A stretch of 63,350 bases of DNA, counting the filler, from Raja brachyura (taxonomy: Eukaryota), in NCBI GenBank assembly GCA_963514005.1. It is 4 parts of 4 records of this genome, joined end to end, with 100 filler letters (N's around TTAATTAATTAA, not from the genome) between each part and the next. Parts side by side here need not be neighbours in the genome. Positions count along the whole stretch, not along the records: positions 1 to 27,092 come from OY740790.1; 3 more parts are not named here. One strand, given 5' to 3'. A model generated the notes under the pieces. The model was not told the origin of the DNA. It saw only the letters and a program-made list of their open reading frames with translations, and did not search any database. The stretch's first letter is position 1, and each line of letters opens with the position of its first letter. The position numbers and the translations under genes are program-made. Shown here in pieces: positions 1 to 13,869 of this stretch.

Positions 1-479
1 TTGGATCCACTTTAGCCACTGGAACAACTTGATCTTCATGATTCTTATCCAGGTCATGGAGGCATCTTACTCTAACACAATATCGATCTCACTTCCTACA
101 TCTTCTCCCTCCAAATGTATTGTACTCTCACCCTGGCCACAAACTCTTTGAAGTACTTCCCTCTGGTAGGCGACTCCAGACTGTCAAAGCCGCTACAGCC
201 AGACATTAAAACAGCTTTTTTCCACGAGTAGCTCTACTCAACAGCCAAAAGTCTATAGTTTGGTATTTTTTTTAATTCTACACGTTTAAATTATGTTTTA
301 TTTTTAATTGTCTACTGTACATCTAGTTGTTATCCTTGCGAGCAAAGTACCAAGGCAACTTCCTTGCATGTGTACGTACTTGGCTACTCAAATTTATTCA
401 ATTCAATATCAAAAATGTGTTTTGCAATTTATCACCATGACTAAACTTTACAATCACATTTTGATTACTCTTTATATCA

Positions 480-665
<186 letters not shown>

Positions 666-1736
666 CTAAAAGAAAAAAAGATATTTGAATTAAGTTTTAT
701 TGTCAGTCAAAGGGCCAGGTCCTTTTAATTTAAATACCATTAAACGAGGAATCCTGCCGATTACCGAAGCACATAGTTAAAACTCCCTGAGAATTACATT
801 TATGAACATGCAAAGCCCTACACAGGAGCATGTGTGTTTTTTACATGTGTAGTAGTGATCCATGCTCAACATTCAAAAAATAACTTTACAATCGCTGTTG
901 TAAACCAATTATTTCATGTTGTTAAACCTGTGCCTTCAATAAAATAAAATCAATAAAATTGATTTTAACACGACTACTAGTAAAAAGTAAAATATAGCAT
1001 TACACCTACTGAATCAAACACTTAAAGCATTGCTTTCACAGAACATGGCTGGTAGTTAAGTTTATCTGAGTTAAAGGATTTTATCTCCTTTTCACTTCTG
1101 GCCATTGACAATTTACTCCACCCATGTCGGAGTTAAACCCCCCCCTCTCCTGCATCTGCCTATAACTTGGCATGCTTAGTCCAGCCCACATCTCTCTTTT
1201 TCAGCTTTCACCCACTTACTCTTATCAGTCTATTGAAGGATCCCGATCTGTCCATTCCTTCCACATATGCTGCCTGACCTGCTGAGATTCTACAGTAGAT
1301 CGGAGAAGATCGGAGAAGAAAGGCAAGGGGCCATTGTTGGGATATCATGTTGAGTCCAGCAACGGCTTGCCTTTATTTTTTCCCTCCTCAACTGCCCATT
1401 TTAATATTATGTGCCACAGAAATTTTCCAGATAGAATGTAATTGTAGTTTCATGCGCTAGAATGAATCACACTATGTTATCCAATTTCTCCACTATAACT
1501 TACAATTTAAAAATATTTATAGTTATAACAGCATTTATTCTTATTGTGGATAATAAATTCAGATTGATTCAAACTAAGGATTACAATTAAATATTCCCTC
1601 CAATATTTATTTTGAGTAGTTTTGGCAATATACATCTTTTATGCCTTAAGCCATATATTTTATTTTCCATTTACTAAATTCAAGCTACATTAGATTCGAG
1701 TACAAGCAATAATTTCTTAGAACAATATATTATGGA

Positions 1737-3068
1737 CTAGACTAAGTTCACATGGGAGGGCTGGTCCCCCAATGCAATATTCCACATCTCCACCAATTCC
1801 AATATTTCTGGCCAGTGGGGGGGGGGGGGGGGGGGGGGGGTAGGCTTTCTGGAGCGCTAGTATGTGTGTTGTGGATCAAAGGGACTGGTTTCCAGAGGAC
1901 TAGTATGGACATTGTGGGCCGAATGGATTATTGGGCTGGCTGCTCAGTCACTCAGGCCAGGCAGCTCAGTCACTCTAGCCAGGCAGCATTTTAGAACCAA
2001 TAGAGACACTTTTTGCAAGCATTTTAGAACCAATAGAGACACTCTTTCTGCAAGCATTTTAGAACCAATAGAGACACTCTTTCTGCAAGCATTTTAGAAC
2101 CAATAGACACTTTCTGCAAGCATTTTAGAACCAATAGAGACACCTTCTGCAAGCATTTTAGAACCAATAGAGACACTTACTGCAAGCATTTTAGAACCAA
2201 TAGAGACATTTTCTGCAAGCATTTTAGAACCAATAGAGACACTATCTGCAAGCATTTTAGAACCAATAGAGACACTTTCGGCAAGCATTTTAGAACCAAT
2301 AGACACTTTCTGCGAGCATTTTAGAACCAATAGACACTTTCTGCGAGCATTTTAGAACCAAAAGAGACACTTTCTGCAAGGATTTTAGAACCAATAGACA
2401 CTTTCTGCAAGCATTTTAGAACCAATAGAGACACTTTCTGCAAGCATTTTAGAACCAATAGACACTATTTGCAAGCATTTTAGAACCAATAGACACTCTC
2501 TGCAAGCATTTTGTAACCAATAGAGACACTCTTCCTGCAACCATTTTAGAACCAATAGAGACACTCTTTCTGTAAGCATTTAGAACCAAGAGACACTCTT
2601 TCTGCAACCATTTTTGAACCAATAGAGACACTTTTTGCAACCATTTTAGAACCAATAGACACCTTTTGCAAGCATTTTAGAACCAGTAGAGACACTTTTT
2701 GCAAGCATTTATAGAACCACATTAAGGGCACTCACAGTAGACATGTGTTCAGTGCTATTCAGAACTCAGAGAGACGTGACCCTCTGGCTTCCTCCATTTT
2801 GCAGAGACTGAGTGAGGCACACCACTTCCTGGTTTTATAGTCCTTCCTCCTCCCTCCAGCAGGGGCAGCAGAGAGAATGGCGAATTTAAAAAAAAACATT
2901 AATATCTCTCTGATTTTTCATCAATGGGAAAAATCCTCTGGTCCAGGAAGGCGGAGGGGGGCTCTGAGCGAGCTGGCCAAAAATAACGGCCGTAGGTGCC
3001 GGCGTTCTCTCGGAAATCACACCACAGTGAACCAAAAGCGGTCAAGATCAGACTTTTAGTAATATAGA
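1737..3068 (-). mobile_element. Non-autonomous Helitron-like element
   Basis: Minus strand starts TCTATATTACTAAAAGTC and ends TTAGTCTAG. It sits between host A and T with no TSD, the classic Helitron signature. Confidence 0.75.
1985..2720. repeat. Minisatellite, ~31-35 bp unit (gcaagcattttagaaccaatagagacactttct), inside the Helitron
   Basis: About 20 directly visible tandem copies. They explain the repetitive ORFs 2094-2731. Confidence 0.95.
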
Positions 3069-3159
3069 TTTAAGGCATATTTGGTCATGTAATGAGATGG
3101 TATTAAAAAGAGATCCCGAAGTTAAGGGTTGTCCAGATAATAGAATATCAGTTACAGTT

Positions 3160-3595
3160 TGAGGGTGAGCATGATGAAAGAATGGGTCGACTGGGCTTGT
3201 ATTCACTGGAATTTAGAAGGATGAGAGGATGTTTTATAGAAACATAAAACATTCTTAAAGGATTGGACAGGCTAGATGCAGGCAAAATGTTCCCAATGTT
3301 GGGGCCCTCCAGAACCAGGGGGCACAGTTTAAGAATAAGGGGTACGCTATTTAGGACTGAGATGAGGAAAAACCTGTGAAATCCTCAGCCACAGAAGGCA
3401 GTGGAGGCCAATTCACTAGATGTTTTCAAGAGAGAGTTAGATTTAGCTCTTAGGGCTAATGGAATCAAGGGATATGGGGAAAAAGCAGGAACAGGGTACT
3501 GATTTTAGATGGTCAGTCATAATCATATCAAATGGCAGTGCTGGCTCAAAGGGCCGAATGGCCTACTCCTGCACCTATTTTCCTATGTTTCCATG
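3160..3595 (+). mobile_element. CR1 LINE 3' fragment (HER1-like)
   Basis: Degenerate LGLYSLEFRRMRG..IE / SRTRGHSL motifs and the typical tail gggccgaatggcctactcctgcacctattttcctatgttt. Confidence 0.85.
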
Positions 3596-4539
3596 AATAG
3601 CCCAGGTTCAAAACCAGTGTCTTAACTTAAACAAGGGTATCGGTAATTACAAGGTTTGAAGAAAGCTGAACAAAAAAAAGGCTACATCAAGGTCTGTAGA
3701 TCACCAGTGGTAGATTATCAAAACCATCAGCTCTCTGGGTCATGGATGTTGATTACTGCTGCACTGATAAAACACAATGTTGAAATTATCTTGTTTAATG
3801 CCAAAGTTAACTTCCTATTTCAAGTTTGATGGACAGCCAATATGCAGATCCGCAACATTTAAAAGTGACTGAGGGAGAGATATTGTCTGTGGATGCTAAC
3901 AGCAGAGTGACATGTAATAACTAGCAATCAAAATGTATCTCAAACTACATAATTTAATTTCTGATCTGCACAATAATAATGGATGACATTCTTAGAACAC
4001 CATTATTTTTCTTGCAAGATCTGGACCAATGAAAGCAAACACACCAATCTGGAAAAGACTCCTTGCATCCCTTGATGCAAAGCACACACATGAAGGGCAC
4101 AAACTAGCTGATTGTGACTTCAATGAATCACTGTCCATTTTGCAAAATCAAATGACGGAAATTTGTCTTTAATCACAAGCACCCCAAACACATGCTAGCA
4201 TATCAACCACCTGACACATTCCTTCCTCACACATCTGGCTTCACCGATTCTATGGAACAGAACATCAGATAGAGAGTGCAGTCAATATATTTAGCTTCAG
4301 TTTAGTGCAAGTAATTAAATACATTTGTTTTGCTACATCCATCGTTAATTTAAATTCATTAACATATAAAAGTACACCAATATTATTTATCTACAAGCAG
4401 GTCTCTTGCTCTTATTATTCACATCCCCAAAATATAAACAATGAAACTAATCAGATAACTATGATTTCTATGAATAAATTCATCCATAAATAAACATGTA
4501 ACAGTAATGACATTTATCTGGTTTGAACCATATGTTTTT

Positions 4540-5265
4540 CAGCACAGACACAAGCCATTTGGCCCAACTCGCCCATGCCGCCCAAGGTGCCCCATCAAAG
4601 CTATTGCCATTTGCTCATATTTGGCCCATATCCCACTCAGCCTTTCCTATCCAAATCTCTTTTAAATGTTGTTATTGTACCTTCCTCAACTACCTCCTCT
4701 GGCAGCTCATTCCACATTCCCACCATCATCTGAGTGAAAAAGTTGCCCCTCAGATTTCTATTAAATCTTTCCCCTCTTCCCCAACCTATGTCTTCCAGAG
4801 AAAAGATGTACATTTCATAGAGTCATACAGCACAGAAATAGACCCTTTAGCCCAACTCGTCCATGCTCCATCTAAGCTAGTCCTATTTGACCATTTTTGG
4901 CCCATAGCCCTTTAAACCTTTCCTATTCATGTACCTGTAATTGAATTTTAAATGCTGTTATAATACCTGCCTCAACTACCTCCTCTGGCAGCTCATTCCA
5001 CATACCCATCACCCATACTGACAAAGTTGTCCCTCAGGTTCCTATTAAATCTTGATCCTCTCACTTTAAACTTATGCCCTCTGGTTATTGATTCCTCTGT
5101 CCTGGGTAAAAGACTATGTATTCACCCTATCAATTCCCCTCACTATTTTATACATTTCTCTAAGATCAGCCCATAGCCTGCTGCTCTCCAAAGAATAAAG
5201 TCCTAGGTTGTTCAATCTCTCCATAAAGCTCAGGCCCTCGAGTTCAGACAACATCCTCGTAAATG
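4540..5265 (-). mobile_element. Two adjacent CR1 3' fragments
   Basis: Reverse complement of the CR1 3' end seen elsewhere (cctcaactacctcctctggcagctcattcca occurs twice). Confidence 0.7.
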
Positions 5266-6504
5266 TGACTAAGAGAAATTATAACTTGCTGAATAGGGTG
5301 TCAAGATACATATATATATATACACATCAGGGGCTAACAAGCATGATTTGGGAAATTATTTTTTAAAACTGATACTTTTTCAAGATGCAGTCTATATATG
5401 AAATACCATTTTACCATGTCAACATGCCATTTTTACAAGGAACTGGATGTAGTTTTATTGCTGAAATTATATAAATATGAATCTATGGGCTAATCGATGA
5501 GATTTGAAGAATACTAAACTAAGGCTGCGAGCAAGTACGAGGATCTGGCTAATAGGTTAGAATTATTTATTCTTCGCCATTGGTCACATCATCCGGATTA
5601 TAGATGAAAGTGCTGAAAAGCCTTTTTGCTGTATGAGATTCCTAACATTTTTAACATCAAAAATCCTAATCAATTCCCAACTTATTAAAGGTATACAAAG
5701 TAGTAATTAATTTAATTCACCACCCTAATCTAAAACTAAAAAAAGTATTTTAAAGCCAAATTAGACATCGATTGGTCTCATTTTTCCTAATTTTTGCAGG
5801 AAACATATTTAATATATTTCCTTTTATTAATCAATAAATCATTCTGACTTTTAAAACCCCCAAAAATTTGAGGACATTTGTAAAATGGTTCATGTGTGCA
5901 ATATTTATATTATATCCTGACCCATAGGTATGCAAATATAATTAATGAAAGGAACATGTCAACTTCTTTAAGTACATAAAAATAATTATGGTTCAGTTTA
6001 ATTGTAAAGCATTGCGAGCCTTTTCAAAATGTGCAGTCAAGCATTAACTGCTGTTGCATTCAATGGTGAATCCAGTCGTACAGTAAGGTGAACAGAATGG
6101 TAGAACAGAGGTCAAATCTGCTGAATTCAATGATAGGTCCAATGTTGGAGCAAAAGGTTGGATGCACTGGTTTCACCAGTGAATATAATGGGAGAGCGGG
6201 ACGTTAGGTCTGATGTAATAACAATATTTATATCAGCAGTTGCACAACAGCTTAGGTCAACCGGAATCTGACCTCCCAATTGTCCATCCAAACATCAATA
6301 TTTGAACAAGAGTTGCAAATTCTTAAGATGAGACAAATCTATCTGTCAGTCAGTCAGCTAGCCCGATTTGGCCCAAAGGTAGCTGGTAATTAAGAATGGG
6401 AGGGTGAATGACGAAAATAATGGGTGCAAAGCAACAGTATGGATAAGCGGGAGCAGATTTAAAAATTATCAACAGGGAGGAGGCAATAGATGACCGGTTA
6501 ATTA

Positions 6505-6747
<243 letters not shown>

Positions 6748-7233
6748 TCAAAGTCAGCCATTCAAAGTCAAATTTATCAGTATAACACCATGATTAAACA
6801 TAATCAGATGACAGCTCAACAGACCTAACCACACTCCTTGCCAATTATGTAGAGGAATATCTGATTTTCACCTTAACTTTCTATTCCTTTCTAGTTTCAC
6901 ACCTTCCTTATCAAGAATCCATTGGCTTTAAAAAATATTCAAAGCTATTGCTACTATTATGGAATTGAGTTCCAATCCCGACAAACCAGATATAAGGAAG
7001 TTGACTTGAGATCCGTTTTATATGGGAAACCTCTTATTTTCATACTTTCATAGATTCTCTTACAAGTAATATCTGTCTCACATCAACCCTTTCATGATCC
7101 CAGAGGATCTTGTATGTTCCAATCAAATCCCCAATGTTCCAATCCAGTCACCTAAACTCCTACAGATACAATCAAACATTGTCCAAGCAGTCCTCATAAG
7201 GGCTTATCCATCCATTCCGGGCACCCTCTGCTA

Positions 7234-7404
<171 letters not shown>

Positions 7405-7544
7405 TTAAAAAAACACATAAAATAATTTACTGACATTGATAAAAAATGAAAGCACTCCTTCTCCACAGTAAATCGATAACTTTTTTTTTCAATGCTTCGA
7501 AGGCCAAGAAATACAGTAACATAGGTATTAAAGTGAAGAAATGT

Positions 7545-8050
7545 GGTGACACTGATAGGCTGAAGTGTGCTTATTTCAATGCAAGTATTATGGAGAAAAC
7601 AGATGAACTTAGAGCCTGGATTGATGCTTCAGACCATGATGTGGCCATTGTGGAAATGTGGTTGTGTGAGGAACATGACTGGCAGGTCAATGTTCGGGGG
7701 TTTCGATGTTTCAGATGTGATCAAGAGGGAGGAAAAAGAGGTGGGGAGTTGCACTACTGATCAGGAAGACTGTCACTGTGATGCTCAGAGAGAACACACT
7801 GGAGGGGCAGAATAGGTAGCTCGGAAAAATAAGAAAGGTGTAAGGACTCTAATGGGATTGTACCACAGCGCCCACCAATAGCAAGCAGGAGATATATAAT
7901 TGTATATATGTGGATAGATAACCGATCTATGCCAAAACAACTGGGGTGTCTTCGTGGGTCATTTTAACTTTTCCAATATTGACTGAAACGTGCTCAGTGC
8001 CAAAGTCTTACAAAGGGCAGAATTTATGAGGTGACCTAAAAAAGGTTTCT
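7545..8050 (+). mobile_element. Degraded CR1 ORF2 AP-endonuclease fragment
   Basis: LKCAYFNASIMEKTDELRAWI...DVAIVEMWL...GFRCFRCDQEGGKRGG and a GHFNFSNID-like GDFN motif. Confidence 0.8.
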
Positions 8051-8136
8051 TGAAACAGTTTCTTAAAGGCCAGTTGATCGATGTTTAGAACTGGCATGTT
8101 CCAGTAAGGAAGCGGGGTGTGGGGGATAAGGATGGG

Positions 8137-9240
8137 ATAGACCAACACAAAGTGGTGCATAATTGTGAAGTGGAAGGAAAATGATACATGGTTTCCAAAT
8201 TTTATTACAAAAAAAATGGAAAAGTGTGGCGTGCAAAAATATTCAGCCCCCGAGTCAATACTTTGTAGAACCACCTTTTGCTGCAATTACAGCTGCAAGT
8301 CTTTTGGGGTATGTCTCTACCAGCTTTGCACATCTAGAGACTGACATTTTTGCCCATTCTTCTTTGCAAAATAGCTCAAGCTCAGTGAGATTGGATTGAG
8401 AGTGTCTGTGAACAGCAATTTTCAAGTTTTGCAAGAGATTCTCAATTGGATTTAGGTCTGGACTTTGACTGGGCCAATCTAACACATGAATATGCTTTGA
8501 TCTAAACCATTCCATTGTAGCTCCGGCTGTATGTTTAAGGTCGCTGTCCTGCTGGAAGGTGAACCTTCGCCCCAGTCTCAAATCTTTTGCAGACTCTAAC
8601 AGGTTTTCTTCCAAGATCGCCTTGTATTTGGCTCCATCCATCTTCTCATCAACTCTGACCAGCTTCCCTGTCCCTGCTGAAGAAAAGCATCCCCACAGCA
8701 TGATGCTGCCACCATCATGTTTCACAGTGGGGATGGTGTGTTCAGGTGATGTGCAGTGTTAGTTTTCCACCACACATAGCGTTTTGCATTTAGGCCAAAA
8801 ACTTCAATTTTGGTCTCATCAGACCAGAGCACCTTCCTCCACATGTTTGCTGTGTCCCCACACATGGCTTGTGGCAAACTGCAAAAGGGACTATTCTATT
8901 TTCGGATGATGGATTGAACAGTGCTCCGTGAGATGTTCAAAGCTTGGGATATTTTTTTATAACCTAATCCTGCTTTAAACCTCCACAACTTTATCCCTGA
9001 CCTGTCTGGTGTGTTCCTTGTGCTTCATGATGCTGTTTGTTCACTAATGTTCTCTAACAAACCTCTGAGGCCTTCACTGAACAGCTGTATTATACTGAGA
9101 TTAGATTACACACAAGTGGACTCTATTTACTAATTAGGTGACTTCTGAAGGCAATTGGTTAGACTGGATTTTATTTAGATGTATCAGAGTAAAGGGGGCT
9201 GAATACATTCGCACGCCAAACTTTTCAGTTTTTTATTTGG
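8137..9240 (-). mobile_element. Tc1-like DNA transposon remnant with DDE transposase C-terminus (ORF 8255..8725)
   Basis: KHDGGSIMLWGCFS, FQQDSDLKHT and WPSQSPDLNPIENL motifs. Inner inverted repeats aaaagtgtggcgtgcaaaaatattcagccccc (~8220) and gggggctgaatacattcgcacgccaaactttt (~9194). Outer ends are missing. Confidence 0.9.
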
Positions 9241-9279
9241 TCCATATCCCTCCAAACCTGTCCTATCCAGTGGAGTCCA

Positions 9280-9830
9280 TCCATGGAGTATTGTGTGCAG
9301 TTCTGGTCGCCCCATTACAGGAGGATGTGGAGGATTTGGAAAGGGTGCTGAGGATGTTTACCAGAATGATGCCTGGATTAGGGGGTATTAGCAACAAGGA
9401 GCCTGGATTAGGGGGTATTAGCAACAAGGAGAGGTTGGTCAGACAGATTGTTTTCTCTGAAATGCCGGTGGTTGCAGGGAGATCTGATAAAAGTAGATAA
9501 AATAATGAGAAGCATAGATAGGGTAGAGATTCACAATCTTTCTCCCAGGATGGAAAAATCAAACATGAGGGCATAGCTTTAAGGTGAGACAGGTAAAGTT
9601 TAAAGGAGATGTGCATGGCAAAGTTTGGTTTATTCAAAGGGTGTTGAATGCCTGAAATGTGCTGCCAAGGGTGGTGGTTGAACCAAATATGTTAGAGGCA
9701 TTTTTGGATAGGCATATGGATATATAGGGATATGGGTTACGTGCAGGTGGATAAGTGATGTTTGGCATCATGTTCGGCACAGACCTTGTGGGTTGAAGAA
9801 CCTGTTCCTTGGCCGTACTGTTCTATCTTG
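9280..9830 (+). mobile_element. CR1 LINE 3' fragment
   Basis: EYCVQFWSPH...DVEDLERVLRMFTRMMPGL; includes a 30-bp tandem duplication at 9371-9430. Confidence 0.8.
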
Positions 9831-10746
9831 TATAAGTAAAAAGATAATAAATAAAGTAGCTATATGGATCAACAATACTTGATGGTAGGGTTAGAACCAA
9901 TGGGAAATCATCTAGATTGAGGTGGGTCACAGTTTTTAGCCTACTCAATGGTAAACTGCATCTATTTTAATGGAAAATAAAAGTGGGGAGAAAGGAAATT
10001 TGGTAACCAAACAAATGGGTTGATAAAACATCCTCTTAGGAGCTTCAAGTAATTGAAGAATACAAAAAAAGATAATAAAATTGCATCCTTTCAAAAATAT
10101 TTTTCAAACTTTCTGGCATTGGGTGCATTAATTTTTCGGAAGTCTGTAAGGAAGTAGGTCATATGGAGTTGCATTTTGGGAGATATGTAATGTAGACAAT
10201 GATACACAGATACATTGAAGATAATTAGAAATTCCGGCCAGCTCACCTGCCTCTATCAATTCCTTCAAATCCACAGTATGGTGCCAGGTTTAAAGCAAGA
10301 CATTTTGTGGAATTAGAGGATCTCAATCTGCAGTGTCATGTAACTTAACTGAGCACTTCTGTAAACAACTAATATTGATCACCAATGAACCTAGCTGCAA
10401 AATATATATGTCGAATAGTAAAGTGAGGCAGGTCTGTTAAGCCAATTGGCAAGGAATATACTCATACACAGAAAAAATGAGCCTGTTACTGGAGCACTGG
10501 CAGTGCCTTAAGGAGAAAAGAGAATATAATGAAAATAAAATCAAGAAGAAAGTGTAACGATCATTTTCCATCATAAGATAAAAATAAATTTTAAAAAGTG
10601 GTGTCAATTAACTTTAAACATTTCCAAACCTATAAATTATGTATTAAAAATGAATTCATAGCTATTTTGGCACAGCATTTCTCATTGCCTGATCCCGTGT
10701 TTTGTATTCATTCTGAAATCAAGTACTTATGAATTGATTTACCTTG

Positions 10747-10973
10747 TGTTAAAGAAGGAACTGTAGATGCTGGAGAATCGAGGGTTACACAAAAAGCTGG
10801 AGAAACTCAGCGGGTGCAGCAGCATCTAAGGAGCGAAGGAGATAGGCGACGTTTCGGGTCGAGACCCTTCTTCAGGTCTGAAGAAGGGTCTCGACCCGAA
10901 ACGTCGCCTATCTCCTTCGCTCCTTAGATGCTGCTGCACCCGCTGAGTTTCTCCAGCTTTTTGTGTAACCCCC
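10747..10973. mobile_element. Palindromic non-autonomous Penelope-derived insertion with 15-bp TSD
   Basis: Perfect 94-bp inverted arms (10782-10875 / 10878-10971). Direct repeat aattgatttaccttg at 10732-10746 and 10974-10988. Confidence 0.85.
10874..10909 (+). ncRNA. Minimal type I hammerhead ribozyme motif
   Basis: aggt-CTGAAGA-a-gggt(ctcg)accc-GAAAC-GTC-gcct. Conserved CUGANGA/GAAA core, 4-bp helix II, loopless palindromic helix III (ACGT), GUC triplet at 10903-10905, helix I aggt/gcct. The same core is read on the minus strand. Confidence 0.6.
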
Positions 10974-12219
10974 AATTGATTTACCTTGATTTATAACTGA
11001 GATCAAAACTGATAGTGTGCCATTTATACCAAATAATGAATTCCAATAATTTCTAGAAATTTAAATCTGCAGTCATGTGTAAAAATGATTATTCATGCAA
11101 ATAGTTGCAGCCTAGTTGCTACACTAACAAATTATGTCAAACAAAATATGCCTCATTTACATGTGCTTATTGTCATTAGTCACTGATTTAAAAGGCAAGT
11201 ATTTAGACGTTGAGGCTGTAGTGAAGAAGCAGTGATATTCCTTCAAACAATTCCCATACTGAGTATCAGATACCACAATCCTAAACTGAACCCGCTGTGT
11301 CTAGACTCCCTGGCACCTGACTTCACTTATTTACCAGGAATCAGAGGCTTTCACTGCTCTCCCCACATTCTCACACCTTCTCCTTCAACATCTTTGAATG
11401 ATTACAATGCAAAAAAAAATGTTTTCTTCTGGAATCACTGTTCTGACCAATCACTCTGGGGTTCACAGTCTGATCAATTAGCTTATTTATTTCAGCAGAT
11501 AACTTCAAAGTGCAACGGGTATGATCTGAGGAAACCTTCAGCGGCATTCAATTAGTGGAAGAGACAGTACATATCAAAGGGAGCCATCAAAACAATGGCT
11601 TTACAAAATCCATGAACTCAAATCAAAGCATGTTGCCCAATCGGTTTAAAACAATCATTACATCATCCCGCAAGCATCCATTTTCATTGGTTCTGTATTA
11701 CAGTAATTCTATGGCTCCTTTGCACCAAGAATCAAATGACTTTTAAGAAGCAGGAATCAATTCATAATCCTTGGTCTTAACAATACTTTTCCCCTGATTA
11801 GCTCGCCACTAACTTCCTATTTTACATCTGAGCTGATGTGAGGAAGAGGAAATCCAAAAACCCTGACCCAGAGACTTACCAGAAGAAATGTGATCAGTAG
11901 TCTTAATGAAGACCATAGCTTAGTAACATCCTCACAACCTGATTAAGGATAGGAAAATCTTCAAAGCTGGATCTCAATTTAAAGCCACAATGCCTCAAAA
12001 CTTCTGATCTTCTCTCTGACATTTTAAATGGCAGCAAGCGTGGCACATTTCGACCTGTCATTAACTCTGGATCAACTCAAAATGTCAACGTATTCCTTCA
12101 GGACAAATAAAACTCCTGGGTTTGTCAGTACTGTTATACTTGGCTATGTGGGACTGGATTGAACTCAACCTGCGAGACGTGCACAGTGTGCGAGTCCATT
12201 GGCAATACGTCAGAATATG

Positions 12220-12500
12220 CTGAATACTCTATCGAACTTCTACAGGTATTGACTGCTTGCACCACGGTCTGGTTCAGCAACGTGAATGCTGATGAATAAA
12301 AGAGAGTGCAGAAAGTGCAGACATTGCCTGACCCCTCAAGGGTATTGACCTCCCCACCGCTGCCTCACAAAGACCTACACCACTCTGTCCACACCTTCAC
12401 AGCCAGCGTCAGAAAAAAGGTACAGGAGTCTGAGAACCATGACCTTCAGGTTCAAGAAAAGCTTCTTCCCATCAATCAATAGGCTCTTGAACGACACTGC
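12220..12500 (+). mobile_element. Degraded Rex1/Babar 3' fragment
   Basis: Similar to the Rex1 3' region at 20330-20660 (aacttctacagg...caggttcaagaaaagcttcttccc). Confidence 0.6.
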
Positions 12501-13351
12501 ACAACCCTACCTCAGCAATGACCTACCTTGGCATTTTTATGACACTGGCTTCCACCATTATGGTCTAGTTACCTGGTATAGTTAAATGTACAGTAAACAA
12601 TAATACAATAAATTGTTTGTTGTGAAGAAGAAAAGTCTAAAAAAGGGTCTCAACCCAAAACATCACCCATTCCTACTATCCAGCATTTTGTGTCTACCAT
12701 TGATGTAAACCAGCATCTGCTGTTCCTTCCTACACAAATTATTTGTTGTGTTGTTGCACTGATGTACCTGTAATGCTGCAGCAAGTATGAATTTCAATGT
12801 TCCGTTCTCGATGCATTAAACACTGGACATACGTATTATGGCTGTCGTTTTAAATCAGGTGTGGACCTCGGACCATAGGAGTGAGAGGTTGAAGATGTCC
12901 ACGAAAACTCCAGCCAGTTTGTCCACACAGGTTTTAATATGGCGGCCAGGCACATCATCAGGGTCAGATGTTTTGAGGGTTTACCCACATGTAGGATCTT
13001 TTAACATTGGCCTTGGATTCTGAGATTAGTGTTGTCGGGGGTTGTTAAGCCTAAGAAGCACATTATTGTTATTCCCTTCCAAGTGAGCAGAGCTTGTCTA
13101 GGAGGAGTAATACGTTGCTGTGGCTTGAGCTACTTGGCTCCACCTTATTGGAAATAAACATGTGCAAGCCTTGCCATAGTTGACAAATGTTTGTCTAATC
13201 CTCCAGTTTAGTCAAAAAGTGTCTCTTCATTTTCTCAATATCATTCTCAAAGTTGTACCCAGTGACATTACTATGATCAGCCTTGATCATATTGAATGGC
13301 GGTGCTGGCTCGAAGGGCTGAATGGCCTCCTCCTGCACCTATTTTCTATGT

Positions 13352-13539
13352 TTCTATGTATAAACACAGCTGTAATTTCTACATGGTGAAACCAAAATGT
13401 ATAAATCTACCCTTTAATAAAATCTGCCAATGTGCACTTTAACCACATGTGATTTTTCTATTACAAATCTCAAATGGTGGAGTACAGAAGCAAATAAATA
13501 AATGATGCGTCTTTGTTCCAAACATTGTGGAGGGCACTA
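13352..13539. mobile_element. Solo right terminal inverted repeat of a Tc1 family, preceded by a CR1 tail (13273-13357)
   Basis: Closely matches 16413-16598; ends ccaaacattgtggagggcacta. Confidence 0.85.
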
Positions 13540-13625
13540 TAAATCTCAACTGTCCATTATACAACAGTTTAATTGTCAATAACCAATCTAATTTTAAAGA
13601 GTCATTTACAAGTTGATGTAATTTA

Positions 13626-13772
<147 letters not shown>

Positions 13773-13869
13773 TCAGACGTTTCTGTCCCAAGTAATATGG
13801 ATGAAAACTTTTTTCTAAAAGTGTCATTGTAAAGGATGGATTATAATTGCAGGATCATTACTCCAGAAT

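Noticed and set aside
1985-2720. CRISPR-like regular repeat
   Set aside because: Contiguous tandem units with no unique spacers, no cas genes, and a eukaryotic intron context; it is a minisatellite. The same applies to 55255-55865.
8255-8725. Tc1, CR1 and Rex1 ORFs as functional or domesticated genes
   Set aside because: All are truncated or broken by stops, frameshifts or deletions.
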